Source of the DNA: an uncultured Nitrospiraceae bacterium
GTDB taxonomy: Bacteria; Nitrospirota; Nitrospiria; Nitrospirales; Nitrospiraceae
Direction of reading: 5' to 3'
Assembly: GCA_963730935.1 (NCBI GenBank)
Contig: CAVSTP010000003.1
Location: forward strand, 224,001 to 288,000
DNA: 64,000 bases
Every line of letters starts with the position of its first letter. Position 1 is the first letter of the stretch. The translations under genes were made by a program, and so were the position numbers. Shown here piece after piece: positions 19,363-28,526 of the stretch. The notes beneath the pieces are model-generated. The model made no database searches, was not told the DNA's origin, and worked only from the letters and a program-made list of their open reading frames with translations.

Positions 19363-20865
19363 CTAGAAATACGTCGCTGCTGAAATGACAAATGCGTTGT
19401 CGTGAATACGCTGACCGGAGTTTGGATTAAAAGACATCGGCAGATATTGGTAACTCATCTTGAATACGCAATCTTCGATGGGCCGGTAGTTCAAGCCGAA
19501 CGAGATTTGCTCCAGGTTGCCCTCGTTTTCCCCTTTGTTATCCATGTTGAGGTTAACTCGGTCGTACCGAATGACGGCCGTGAAGGTTGACCCCTCGCCG
19601 AATCGTTTCGGTGACCAGTTGGCCAGGAACGCAGGCATGAAATGATAGTTTGCTTGGATGTAGTACCCTTGCATTCGCTGTGGTGGAGCGGCAAACGAGT
19701 TCAGCGTGTTGACCCCCGTGAGTAAGGAACCAGGACTGAAACCGAAGGTACTCCCAGGGATCGCCCGGGAGTTACCGCGAGCATAGGACCAGGCTGCTTC
19801 ACCGATGAGTTCAAACGGACCTTTTTGAAGTGTCCAGTCGATTGCTGTGATACTTAAGGGGTTATAGCTGGATGGAGAGGCATTGCCAAAATATCCCGAT
19901 CCGGCAACCTCCACGCCAAGCATCGGGCTGAAGGCCAGACGACCTGAGACAGCCTTTCCGTTATTAATGTCAAGCCCGTCAGCGGTCTGTTCACATTTCC
20001 GTTGGCGAGTATTCTTTGTCCCGTTTTCCTCGTTAGCACGTGGGGACCCGTCACTGTTATACCCACAAGGGCCTGTTGTGAAGTACAACTCATAGTCCAG
20101 CTTACTGGTCCTTCCCGGGTAGAATGTCCCGTAAAAGCCTGCGCCGGTTTCTGACATGGTTGATGGGACGACGAACTGGGCGACAAGTGGCCGATCGGTT
20201 AAGTCGTTCAAGGGCGAGTCGTGCAGCAGGTTGAACTTGCCGATTGGAATGAGCAAAATTCCTGCCCGAATATTGAAGGGTTCATTCACCAGGTAGTCGA
20301 TATGAGCGAACTCCAGACTAATTTCGATTTCACCGGCCCCTCTAATCCCATGTTCGATCTCAAGTTCTGATGCGAACTTCACATGCTCGGTGATGTCGGC
20401 GTAAATGAATGGCACGAAACGCTGCTGGTCGAATCCGTTGGTCGTACCCTGGTCACCCCGTATAGCGTTATAGTCTCCCGTTTCGAGGACACCCTTTTGG
20501 TGACTCCGATATTGAATGTCCATGTAACCGCCGACAATGGCTTTGGGCGCAGCCACGAACGGTTTGGCGTAGACCAAGCGGCCTGATCCGGTCGATCCAA
20601 AGCCTAATGGAACTTTTTCCTCCCCCTTCCGCTCGACTCTGACCTCGCTCATCGGACCTGTGGGTACCGGGTACTGAGGAGCAGCTTCCTTCTGTTCCAT
20701 ACTTCGCTCGGCTGCGCCTTCGCGTCGTTCGTGCTCCTGCATCTTCCTGTTGACTGCCTCATCAACCATCTTTTGAATTTCCTCGGGGGTCATGTCGGCG
20801 GCCAGGGCCGGCATCACCGGCAAGCTTGCGATCACGAGAGTCCCGAGGATTGACCTGATCCTCAT
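19363..20865 (-). CDS. Outer-membrane beta-barrel/porin-like protein with N-terminal helical extension
   Basis: Signal peptide, amphipathic strands, ELEIEH / LEFAHIDY acidic-His motifs, C-terminal ...AATYF; GGAGGT RBS. Confidence 0.75.
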   Translation of the reverse strand: MRIRSILGTLVIASLPVMPALAADMTPEEIQKMVDEAVNRKMQEHERREGAAERSMEQKEAAPQYPVPTGPMSEVRVERKGEEKVPLGFGSTGSGRLVYAKPFVAAPKAIVGGYMDIQYRSHQKGVLETGDYNAIRGDQGTTNGFDQQRFVPFIYADITEHVKFASELEIEHGIRGAGEIEISLEFAHIDYLVNEPFNIRAGILLIPIGKFNLLHDSPLNDLTDRPLVAQFVVPSTMSETGAGFYGTFYPGRTSKLDYELYFTTGPCGYNSDGSPRANEENGTKNTRQRKCEQTADGLDINNGKAVSGRLAFSPMLGVEVAGSGYFGNASPSSYNPLSITAIDWTLQKGPFELIGEAAWSYARGNSRAIPGSTFGFSPGSLLTGVNTLNSFAAPPQRMQGYYIQANYHFMPAFLANWSPKRFGEGSTFTAVIRYDRVNLNMDNKGENEGNLEQISFGLNYRPIEDCVFKMSYQYLPMSFNPNSGQRIHDNAFVISAATYF

Positions 20866-20897
20866 TCCAAACCTCCATAAGGTAAGTGGTAGTGGTC

Positions 20898-20964
20898 AGA
20901 CTCGGGACTCGACGGTCTCTGGTCATCTTGATTTCAATACGGCTGTGCCTCGACGATATTTCCG
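20898..20964 (-). repeat. Copy A of the conserved intergenic motif, with three tandem GAGNC[CT] hexamers
   Basis: CGGAAATATCGTCGAGGCACAGCCGT...CCAGAGACCGTCGAGTCCCGAGTCT on the minus strand. Confidence 0.7.
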
Positions 20965-20977
20965 AAAGCCTCCTTTC

Positions 20978-21163
20978 TCATAGCCGACTTGATGATGGGG
21001 CGTTCCTCCATCCCTGGATCGAGGAGAAGGGAATGACCACGATGCGTTTACATCGTTTGCATTTCAGCTCCAAGCTTTGGCCTCTGACTTTTGCGATTAA
21101 TTGGCCGCATTCGCAGCGGGTTTCAGATGTTTCGGCGATCGCGTGTGAAGGACCAGTGATCAT
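20978..21163 (-). CDS. Small 4-Cys zinc-ribbon protein resembling phage Mu Com (61 aa)
   Basis: RCECGQLIAK...LELKCKRCK; AGGAAG RBS 7 nt before the ATG at 21163; first gene after a strong promoter. Confidence 0.75.
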   Translation of the reverse strand: MITGPSHAIAETSETRCECGQLIAKVRGQSLELKCKRCKRIVVIPFSSIQGWRNAPSSSRL

Positions 21164-21176
21164 AAGGCGACTTCCT

Positions 21177-21195
21177 GATATTGAGAACAATTATT
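21177..21195. promoter_or_regulatory. Fur box
   Basis: GATATTGAGAACAATTATT, 14/19 to GATAATGATAATCATTATC; lies between the -10 element and the RBS. Confidence 0.7.
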
Positions 21196-21208
21196 AAAAT
21201 CGCTGGCG

Positions 21209-21237
21209 AGTATAGCGACGTCCTCCTACACTGTCAA
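21209..21237 (-). promoter_or_regulatory. Sigma70-type promoter of the Com-like/porin operon
   Basis: TTGACA-17 nt-TATACT on the minus strand. Confidence 0.8.
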
Positions 21238-21298
21238 GAGGTGTCCCTCGAGGGATCGTGCTCCCCTTGGATCGAGGCGATGCCGTATAATCACGGTA

Positions 21299-21910
21299 AT
21301 GGTGCCTATGTCATCCGTATGGCGGTCCTGTGCGGTAGGACTCATCTTCCTGCAGGGCTGCCTAAGTGAACTCCCTGCCGTGCCTGAGGAGGGGATCGTC
21401 CAGTCGAATGTTGCTGTCGGGCGGGTCGTTGCTGTGCTCACCGGCGAGCGGAGGCGGATCTACGAGCCAGCTGTCAGATCGTTCGAGGTCCAGAATAGGC
21501 AGACCAAGGAACGTTTTACGGTCGAGATAGAGTCGGACGACGAACGATTCATTCTGCCACTTGCCCCAGGTGAGTATGAATTGATCCGCGTTCAAATCAA
21601 TGAAGGCCCTTTCTTGTCGATCGCCCAACTGGCGTCGACGTTTTCGATTGGCCGAGATCCGGTCACCTATCTGGGAACCTGGAGGTTCGGAGTTGATTCT
21701 CCGAAATATGGCCGGATGGTATCTGTGTCCATGGTCAGTGACGAAGCAGACCGCGCTCACGCAATCGAAACACTCACACACGAAGAGCCGTCGTGGGAGG
21801 CTGGCACTGTTCCCACTGTGCTGCCTGATCCGACAGAAGTGCAGGCGCGTCTGTACGAAGTCATGCCTTATCCCCGAGTGCCCCGCTATTTCCGTCGCCA
21901 CTGGTGGTGA
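21299..21910 (+). CDS. Hypothetical lipoprotein
   Basis: Lipobox LQGC; overlaps the apbE start; TATAAT 7 nt upstream of the ATG. Confidence 0.7.
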   Translation: MVPMSSVWRSCAVGLIFLQGCLSELPAVPEEGIVQSNVAVGRVVAVLTGERRRIYEPAVRSFEVQNRQTKERFTVEIESDDERFILPLAPGEYELIRVQINEGPFLSIAQLASTFSIGRDPVTYLGTWRFGVDSPKYGRMVSVSMVSDEADRAHAIETLTHEEPSWEAGTVPTVLPDPTEVQARLYEVMPYPRVPRYFRRHWW

Positions 21911-22965
21911 AGCCCTACTACATGAGCCTCAAGCGCACCATGGCCGTTGTCTGTCTGGGTGTTGCAATTCTGTCTTGTGCTAAAGGCGGGTCTCCTGAAC
22001 TTCTCTTGGTGACGGTGAAACGGACACAGATGCATATGGGCACGCTGGTGTCCATCACCGCGGTTGGACGGACACAAGAGGAGGCCACTGCCGCCATTAC
22101 CGCCGGGTTTCAGGAAGTGAAGCGCCTCGAACAATTGCTGAGTACATGGATTCCCGATAGCGAGCTCTCACAGGTCAATGCTGCTGCAGGGCGAAGCCCC
22201 GTACGGGTCAGCTTGGAAACCATGGTGCTTGTGAGAAAATCGCTCCAGGTTGCCGAAATGACCGAAGGGGCGTTCAACATCGCCATTGGCCCGGCCGTCG
22301 ATGCGTGGAATATCTCGGCCGAACCTCGGCTTCCGACTGCTGAAGAATTGGCCGCTCTCAAGCCGTTGATAGATTTACAGCATGTGCATACGGACGTCTG
22401 GGAGCGGACGATTTACCTGGAAAAGCCCGGTATGCGCGTCGACGTGGGAGGTATCGGTAAAGGCTATGCTGCCGATCAGGCCGTTCTGGTGATGAAAAAG
22501 GCAGGAGCGGTCGCCGGCGTCGTGGCATTGTCTGGCGATATCAAGGGCTTCGGACGTTTGCCGGATGGTGGAGCTTTTCGGGTCGGAATCCAGCACCCTA
22601 GGAAGGAGGGCGAAATCATAGCGGAGATCAATCTGCAAGACGAGGCCATTTCAACTGCCGGCGATTACGAGCGGTTCTTCGAAAAGGATGGTATCCGATA
22701 TCATCACATCCTGGATCCCAACACGCTGCAACCGGCTAGGGGCTGTCAAAGTGTGAGCGTGATTGCCAAGGAAGGAATTTGGGCCGACGGCCTTGATACC
22801 GGCATTTTCGTGCTGGGCGCTGAGCGAGGCATGGAACTGGTCGAGCAGTTGGAAGACGTCGAAGCGATCATCGTCGACCGAGATGGCCACGTGCTGATCT
22901 CATCCGGACTGCGAAACCGAGTGCGATTATCGCTCCGACTCGACGAGTTGAAACTCAATCACTAA
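21904..22965 (+). CDS. apbE: FAD:protein FMN transferase ApbE
   Basis: MGT, DSELSQVN, TEGAFNI, DVGGIGKGYAAD, STAGDYER, HHILDP, ADGLDT. Confidence 0.93.
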   Translation: MVKPYYMSLKRTMAVVCLGVAILSCAKGGSPELLLVTVKRTQMHMGTLVSITAVGRTQEEATAAITAGFQEVKRLEQLLSTWIPDSELSQVNAAAGRSPVRVSLETMVLVRKSLQVAEMTEGAFNIAIGPAVDAWNISAEPRLPTAEELAALKPLIDLQHVHTDVWERTIYLEKPGMRVDVGGIGKGYAADQAVLVMKKAGAVAGVVALSGDIKGFGRLPDGGAFRVGIQHPRKEGEIIAEINLQDEAISTAGDYERFFEKDGIRYHHILDPNTLQPARGCQSVSVIAKEGIWADGLDTGIFVLGAERGMELVEQLEDVEAIIVDRDGHVLISSGLRNRVRLSLRLDELKLNH

Positions 22966-22993
22966 CATTGGACAGTCGTTTTATCGGGTATGG

Positions 22994-23870
22994 CTAAGGC
23001 TCAAGTCGATAACTCATCGGAATCTTCACGGTCATCTGAGGTTTCTCCAGTGGACGAGGGAGGTGGAAGGGTGCGGCGAGATTTAACAATTCGACTGCTG
23101 CCAGATCCAGGCTTTGATGGCCTGAACTTTGAAAGATTTCAACGGCCTCAATGCTCCCATTGCTTCGGAGAAGCGCTTTCAAGACCACTTTCCCTTCTGC
23201 CCGCTCGAGTCTCGCCTCCGTCGGGTACCTTTTCAGTTCCTGCATGCGGCGCATGATCGTCTCAGACAACCACGCATAGTCGGCGCGCGGGGTGGAAGAG
23301 GCAACAGGTCCTGGGGTTTGCGCCGACAAACCGGCTTCCTGCTCTTGCGACAACGGCTGCATTGTCGGAACTCAAGTCTGATGCCAGCTCCGGCTGTGGA
23401 CTGGACAGTTGGGGAGTCGAGGGCGGTGCCTGCGCCGGTGCAAGGGCTTGTTCAATCGCCTGTTCAGGTTCGGTGCTTTCCACGGGTGGAGGGCTGTCTA
23501 GGGCCTGCGGAGCCTGATTTCTGCGATCCATCGCTTCCGCCGCGCGCGGCATCGTCGGTTCAGCGGTCATGGCTCTCATCGAACCGGCGTCCCGCGCTGG
23601 TGCTGGTGCTGGTGCAGTGCTTGCTGATCGCGCCGGTGATGGAGGCTGGTTGAGAGGCGGATGGATGGTTGTCGTAGGGCTGGCCGATGACTGGAGTGGC
23701 CCGGAAGGCTCAGTGACCATGGCGACGTTCCATGTGAAAGGAACCGGTTGAGGGGCGAGCGTCATGCGTTGTGTGACCACCAGTGCGCCGAAGGCCAACG
23801 TGGCATGCAGACAAAGCGAGGTGAGCCATCCAATCGAGTGGGCACCTCCCGATTGTCCGGCGACAATCAT
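22994..23870 (-). pseudogene. tonB: Energy transducer TonB split by a frameshift near 23262-23371
   Basis: 23262-23870 encodes the TM anchor (SLCLH) and Pro-rich linker; 22994-23362 encodes the TonB C-terminal domain (YPTEARLERAEGKV, SSGHQSLD) in another frame. Confidence 0.8.
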
Positions 23871-24241
23871 ATGCGGACAACCTCTAGACTCACATGTTGG
23901 AATCCCAGTCCTCTCACGTCGTCGACAAGTGAGACAAATCGTTCGAGCAATGTCGTCTTATCCGCGCGAACCACCACTGCCGACTCACGGTCTTCCACCC
24001 GCAGAGTCTCCTTCAATCCGTCCGCAGTTACTGGTCGGTCATTGACGAACAAATGGCCTTCGGCGTTGAGCGTGATCACGATCGGCGCATCTTTTCGATC
24101 GCCGGCCTCCTTCGCTTTGGCGAGATTGACGGGAATCTGACCGGTACTGATGAATGTGGCAGTCGTCAAGACGATGACGAGCAGCACGAGCATCACATCG
24201 ACAAGGGGTATGACGTTGATTTGATCAAGCTCGCGATCCAT
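23867..24241 (-). CDS. exbD: Biopolymer transporter ExbD
   Basis: INVIPLVDVMLVLLVI, VRADK. Confidence 0.92.
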   Translation of the reverse strand: MDRELDQINVIPLVDVMLVLLVIVLTTATFISTGQIPVNLAKAKEAGDRKDAPIVITLNAEGHLFVNDRPVTADGLKETLRVEDRESAVVVRADKTTLLERFVSLVDDVRGLGFQHVSLEVVRI

Positions 24242-24656
24242 GCGTCACCTTGTACTGGGCCATCAGTTCACTCACTTTCCGGCGCAGAATGTTGTTCATG
24301 ACGACGCAAGGAATGGCCACGAGCAGTCCCACCGCCGTCGCTTTCAATGCGAGGCTCAATCCGATCATGATCGTATTGACGGCCATGGTCCCCGACGTTC
24401 CCATGGTATGAAATGTGAGCATGATGCCCAGGACCGTCCCGAGGAGGCCGATGTACGGCGCGTTGGCCGCCACCGTACCAATCACGACGAGCCGCTTAGT
24501 AAGCGCGATTTCCAGGGTTTGTTGCGACGCAAACTTCGCCAGGTCGATCCGACTGTAGTACAGCCAACGTTCAACCGCAATGGCGACCGACCAGACACTC
24601 AGAGCCAAGAGCAGGCCGATAATGCCATAGTCGACTGCATTGTTCAGCGCGTCCAT
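24225..24656 (-). CDS. exbB: TonB-system energizer ExbB (short type)
   Basis: APYIGLLGTVLGIM, ALKATAVGLLVAIP. Confidence 0.92.
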   Translation of the reverse strand: MDALNNAVDYGIIGLLLALSVWSVAIAVERWLYYSRIDLAKFASQQTLEIALTKRLVVIGTVAANAPYIGLLGTVLGIMLTFHTMGTSGTMAVNTIMIGLSLALKATAVGLLVAIPCVVMNNILRRKVSELMAQYKVTHGSRA

Positions 24657-24757
24657 CAATCGGCTCCTTCTCCGCTTCGGTGTGGGAAGACGGTGGGTCG
24701 CGGGCCCTTGGCTGGTGACTGTGCCAGAAGCGGAAAACCGCTGTCAACGTGAGGATC

Positions 24758-25873
24758 TTACGTTGGCCCGGCGCCGGCCTGCTTGAACAGCACGGTATGA
24801 GTAGCCAGCACACGCAACTCGACGGGAGTGCCTTCTTGATACACACTCGTCGAGCCCTGACTGCTGTGCACGACCTGTCCGGAGGAAAGGCTCACGGCGT
24901 AGATATTTTCCGATCCCCTGAATTGACGTGAAAGGACGTGTGATGTGGCGGTCTTTGTGGGCACCAAATGGATGTCGTCCGGGCGGATCATGACCACGAC
25001 CGACGTTCCGTCCTCGCAGTCAAGCGTGTCCGGGAACTCTCCCAGTTCTGTGTGCACCATCCCGCTGGACACTGTGCCGGGAATAAAGTCGGCCTGTCCG
25101 ACGAAATCGGCGACGAACGGCGTCGCCGGCATGTGATAGATGGTTTCCGGCGTGTCGAACTGTTCCAGCCGACCCTGGTTGAGCACCGCGATGCGATCGG
25201 CCATGGCAAACGCTTCGTCGTGATCGTGCGTGACGAGGATCGTTGTGGTCTTCGTGCGGCGCAGCAAGTCATGCAGTTCCTGGCGCATCCGCCCGGCCAT
25301 ATCTGGATCAAGGTTGCTGAAAGGTTCATCGAGCAGAAGTAAGACGGGATGTTGCACCAACGCTCTAGCGAGAGCCACGCGCTGCTGCTGACCGCCGGAC
25401 AACTCATGCGGGTAGCGACGTTCGAAACCTTCCAGGCCGACCAGACGGAGCATGTCCTGCACACGCATTTTCCGCTCGCTCCGGCTCAGCCGGCGCAGGC
25501 CGAAGGCAATGTTCTCCTGAACACGGAGGTGGGGGAACAACGCGTACTCCTGAAACACCATGCCGACGTGTCGGTCTTCGGTCGGTATCATTTGATCCGG
25601 CGATGACACCAGCTGTCCTGACAAAAAGATCTGACCCGACCGGACGGGCTCGAATCCCGCGATGGCGCGCAAGATAGTCGTTTTCCCGCATCCTGATGGA
25701 CCCAACAAGCACAAGATTTCACCCTCATGAGCAGCGAACGCGATGTTGCTCACGGCCGGACGCCCAACGTCGTACGCGCACGAGACGCCGCGCAATTCCA
25801 ACACGGAAGAAGCAGGCCGATAGAGATCGGGCTGTAGGTTGGATTCACTCATGACCGAGGGCCGGGGTTTCAT
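24758..25873 (-). CDS. Fe(III) ABC transporter ATP-binding subunit (FbpC/FutC-like)
   Basis: GPSGCGKTT, LSGGQQQRVA, LLDEPFSNLD; context. Confidence 0.9.
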   Translation of the reverse strand: MKPRPSVMSESNLQPDLYRPASSVLELRGVSCAYDVGRPAVSNIAFAAHEGEILCLLGPSGCGKTTILRAIAGFEPVRSGQIFLSGQLVSSPDQMIPTEDRHVGMVFQEYALFPHLRVQENIAFGLRRLSRSERKMRVQDMLRLVGLEGFERRYPHELSGGQQQRVALARALVQHPVLLLLDEPFSNLDPDMAGRMRQELHDLLRRTKTTTILVTHDHDEAFAMADRIAVLNQGRLEQFDTPETIYHMPATPFVADFVGQADFIPGTVSSGMVHTELGEFPDTLDCEDGTSVVVMIRPDDIHLVPTKTATSHVLSRQFRGSENIYAVSLSSGQVVHSSQGSTSVYQEGTPVELRVLATHTVLFKQAGAGPT

Positions 25874-25889
25874 GGTCTTTCATCTCTTG

Positions 25890-27473
25890 TTATGCCGCTC
25901 GCCAATCCTTCGACAACAATAGCAGTAACGTCGGCAGCCCGAGCAGCACGATCAGCAGTGCTGAGGGGGCGGCCAACTGATAATACTCTTCGCTGGCTTC
26001 CATCCAGACCCGAATTGCCAAGGTGTCGAATCCGACGGGACGCAACAGCAAGGTTGCTGGAAGCTCTTTCATCGTCTGCAGGAACATGAGCACCCAGGCT
26101 ACAATAAATCCATTGCGCATGAGCGGCAGCGTCACGCGCTTCCAGGTCTGCCGCACGCCGAGGCCGAGCGTACGGGCCACTTCCTCCAGGTTGGGCGTAA
26201 TCTGCTGCAAGGCGGGCTCCAGCGACTGCAGTCCGGCGGGCAGGAAATGGATCACATAGGCTACGATGAGGACGAGAACCGAGCCGTACAGGAAAGGTGT
26301 CAGATTCAGGCAGAGAACCAGGACTGCCAACGCAGCGACAGGTCCGGGTAGGACATAGCCAGCATAGGCTGCCTGTAAACATCCAAGGTTCAGCCAGCTG
26401 GGACGGCGGTTGGCCATATAGGCGAGCGGCAGGCCGATCAACACCCCGCCGGTGGCCGCACAGGCAGCCAGGAAGCCGCTATTCCACAGAAAGCCGAAAA
26501 AACGGCTGTCGATGGTGGCTTGGGCTTCAGGAGAGAGACACCAGACGACGAGCAGGTACGCCGGCAGCACGAACGACGCTCCTACCACGAACATGAGGTA
26601 GCCGGTGACCATGGAGGTTCCAAGCCATCCATAGCGATGTCGTTCAGGGCGGCGATACCGTCCGGTCGTCTGGTAAAACCGGCTTCGATGGCGAAACCAC
26701 CGTTCGGTGACGAGAAACAACAGCGCCAATCCGACGAGCAGGAGACTCAGGATGCTGGCAGCCGTGTTATCCGACCGACCGGTCATCTGTTGGAACACTG
26801 CATAGGTCAGAGTTTGATACCGCAGTAGGGAAACCGCTCCAAAATCCGAAACCACATAGAGGATGACCAGCGCCAATCCGGCAGCGATGGACGGGCGCAT
26901 GAGGGGAAGCGTGACCAGCCATAACGTCTTCATCCGAGAGATGCCGCTGGCACGTGAGACCTCTTCGAACGAAACGTTCAGATTGAGAAGTGCGCTGCGG
27001 CTGAGTAGATACACGAAGGGGAAGGTATCCAGCGTCATGACCAGGGTGGCGCCCAAGTAGCTATGAGGCGAAAAGATGCGCGCCTGGGGGCCGGCGACCA
27101 GCTGCCAGACGTGCTCGACAGGACCGCCGAATCCTAGAAGATACGAATAGATGTAGGCCAGCACGTAGGTCGGCATCGCCAGCGGCAGCACCAGCGCCCC
27201 TTCCCAGAGCCGACGCCCGGGGAACTCTACCCTCGTGACAAGCCAGGCGGTGGAGACCCCAAGCAGGAGCGTCAGGCAGGCCACGCTGGCTGCCAGCCAG
27301 ATCGTATTCGTCAGTAGCTCGGGGATACGCGTCGTCCACAGGCGGCTCCAGACGGCCGGATCAGCAGACAATGCCTGGGACGTGACATACCCGAGGGGCA
27401 GCAGGATGAGCGTCGCGCTGGCCAATGTGACGAGCTGCAAAGGTGAACTGAGGTGGGCGCGAAGAGTGGTCAC
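25890..27473 (-). CDS. Fe(III) ABC transporter permease (FbpB/FutB-like)
   Basis: Two EAA-type loops, LPLAMPTYVLAY, MKELPATLLLRP. Confidence 0.9.
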   Translation of the reverse strand: MTTLRAHLSSPLQLVTLASATLILLPLGYVTSQALSADPAVWSRLWTTRIPELLTNTIWLAASVACLTLLLGVSTAWLVTRVEFPGRRLWEGALVLPLAMPTYVLAYIYSYLLGFGGPVEHVWQLVAGPQARIFSPHSYLGATLVMTLDTFPFVYLLSRSALLNLNVSFEEVSRASGISRMKTLWLVTLPLMRPSIAAGLALVILYVVSDFGAVSLLRYQTLTYAVFQQMTGRSDNTAASILSLLLVGLALLFLVTERWFRHRSRFYQTTGRYRRPERHRYGWLGTSMVTGYLMFVVGASFVLPAYLLVVWCLSPEAQATIDSRFFGFLWNSGFLAACAATGGVLIGLPLAYMANRRPSWLNLGCLQAAYAGYVLPGPVAALAVLVLCLNLTPFLYGSVLVLIVAYVIHFLPAGLQSLEPALQQITPNLEEVARTLGLGVRQTWKRVTLPLMRNGFIVAWVLMFLQTMKELPATLLLRPVGFDTLAIRVWMEASEEYYQLAAPSALLIVLLGLPTLLLLLSKDWRAA

Positions 27474-27488
27474 GTGGGTCTCGTCAGA

Positions 27489-28526
27489 TTAGCGAAGCCC
27501 CACTTGTTCGATGAGTGTGAGGGTCGGTTCCCGCAGTTCCGCCAGCCTCGTCAAGGGCACCTGTGCTGCTCGGAAATTCTTACGTTCCACGAGCGCGGGA
27601 TCCGCTTTCACCTCGGGGTGGAGCGGATACTCTTTGTCCAAGTCGGCGAAGAGTTTTTGTCCCGCTTGGGCGACAAGGAATTCAACCAAAAGCTTGGCCG
27701 ATTCGAGATGCTTGGTAGATCTGACGATGCCCACTCCAGCGACGTTCATGATTGCACCCATCCCGCTCTCCTGCTGATCAGGCATGAAGGCGGCGATCGG
27801 CGCCGTCGGTTGGGCGGCGAGATGGCGATAGATATAGTAGTGGTTGACGATGCCGAGCGAGGCTTGTCCCTTCGCAACGGCTTCCACGATTTGAGAGCTT
27901 TTTTGGTAAACCTGGGCGCCGGCATTGTCCTTCAGCCCCAAAAGGAACTCCTTGGTTTTTGCGTCTCCGTGACTGGCACGGATCACCGACACGCCGGCCT
28001 GCAGATATTCGCTCCCGGCGTTGGGAATGGCGAGCTTTCCCTTCCATTTCGGATCGGCGAGATCCAACAGTGATTTCAGTTCATCCGGTTTGACCAGCGT
28101 CTTGTTGTAGACAATGATCCAGAACCGACCGGACAGGCCGATCCAGGCATTATCCGGCGCGCGGAACTGCGGCGGGATCGCGCGGTCGACTTCCCGCATA
28201 TTCAAGGGCCGGAGAATCCCAGCCGCCCGAGCCTGCTCAAGGCTGCCGGCATCGTTGGTCAGGAAAAGATCCGCCGGGGTTCGATCGCCCTCTGCCTTGA
28301 GCCGATTGACGAGTTCCGTTGTTCCGGAAGAGAGGAGATCCACTTGAATGCCGGTCTTCGAGGTGAATTCGTCCAAGACCGGTTTGATCAATCGTTCGGA
28401 GCGGCCCGAATAGACCGTCAGCTTGTCGGCGGCAAAGACCGTGACAGCATGCGCAAAGAAAGCGATCAGGCAGGCGAGTCCGAGCAGTCGTTGGGTCGAG
28501 CGTGGAAATTGAAATTGATAAGCCAT
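27489..28526 (-). CDS. Fe(III) ABC transporter substrate-binding protein (FbpA/FutA-like)
   Basis: VYSGR, EGDRTPADLF, VNHYY tandem Tyr iron ligands, EYPL; start reassigned to the ATG at 28526. Confidence 0.9.
   Translation of the reverse strand: MAYQFQFPRSTQRLLGLACLIAFFAHAVTVFAADKLTVYSGRSERLIKPVLDEFTSKTGIQVDLLSSGTTELVNRLKAEGDRTPADLFLTNDAGSLEQARAAGILRPLNMREVDRAIPPQFRAPDNAWIGLSGRFWIIVYNKTLVKPDELKSLLDLADPKWKGKLAIPNAGSEYLQAGVSVIRASHGDAKTKEFLLGLKDNAGAQVYQKSSQIVEAVAKGQASLGIVNHYYIYRHLAAQPTAPIAAFMPDQQESGMGAIMNVAGVGIVRSTKHLESAKLLVEFLVAQAGQKLFADLDKEYPLHPEVKADPALVERKNFRAAQVPLTRLAELREPTLTLIEQVGLR

Noticed and set aside
23262..23375. Programmed ribosomal frameshift in tonB
   Set aside because: No slippery heptamer or homopolymer run seen; reported only as an unexplained frameshift.
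23597..23616. GCTGGT short tandem repeat as a phase-variation tract
   Set aside because: It is an in-frame hexamer encoding the Ala-Pro linker of TonB and lies about 230 nt from the frameshift zone.
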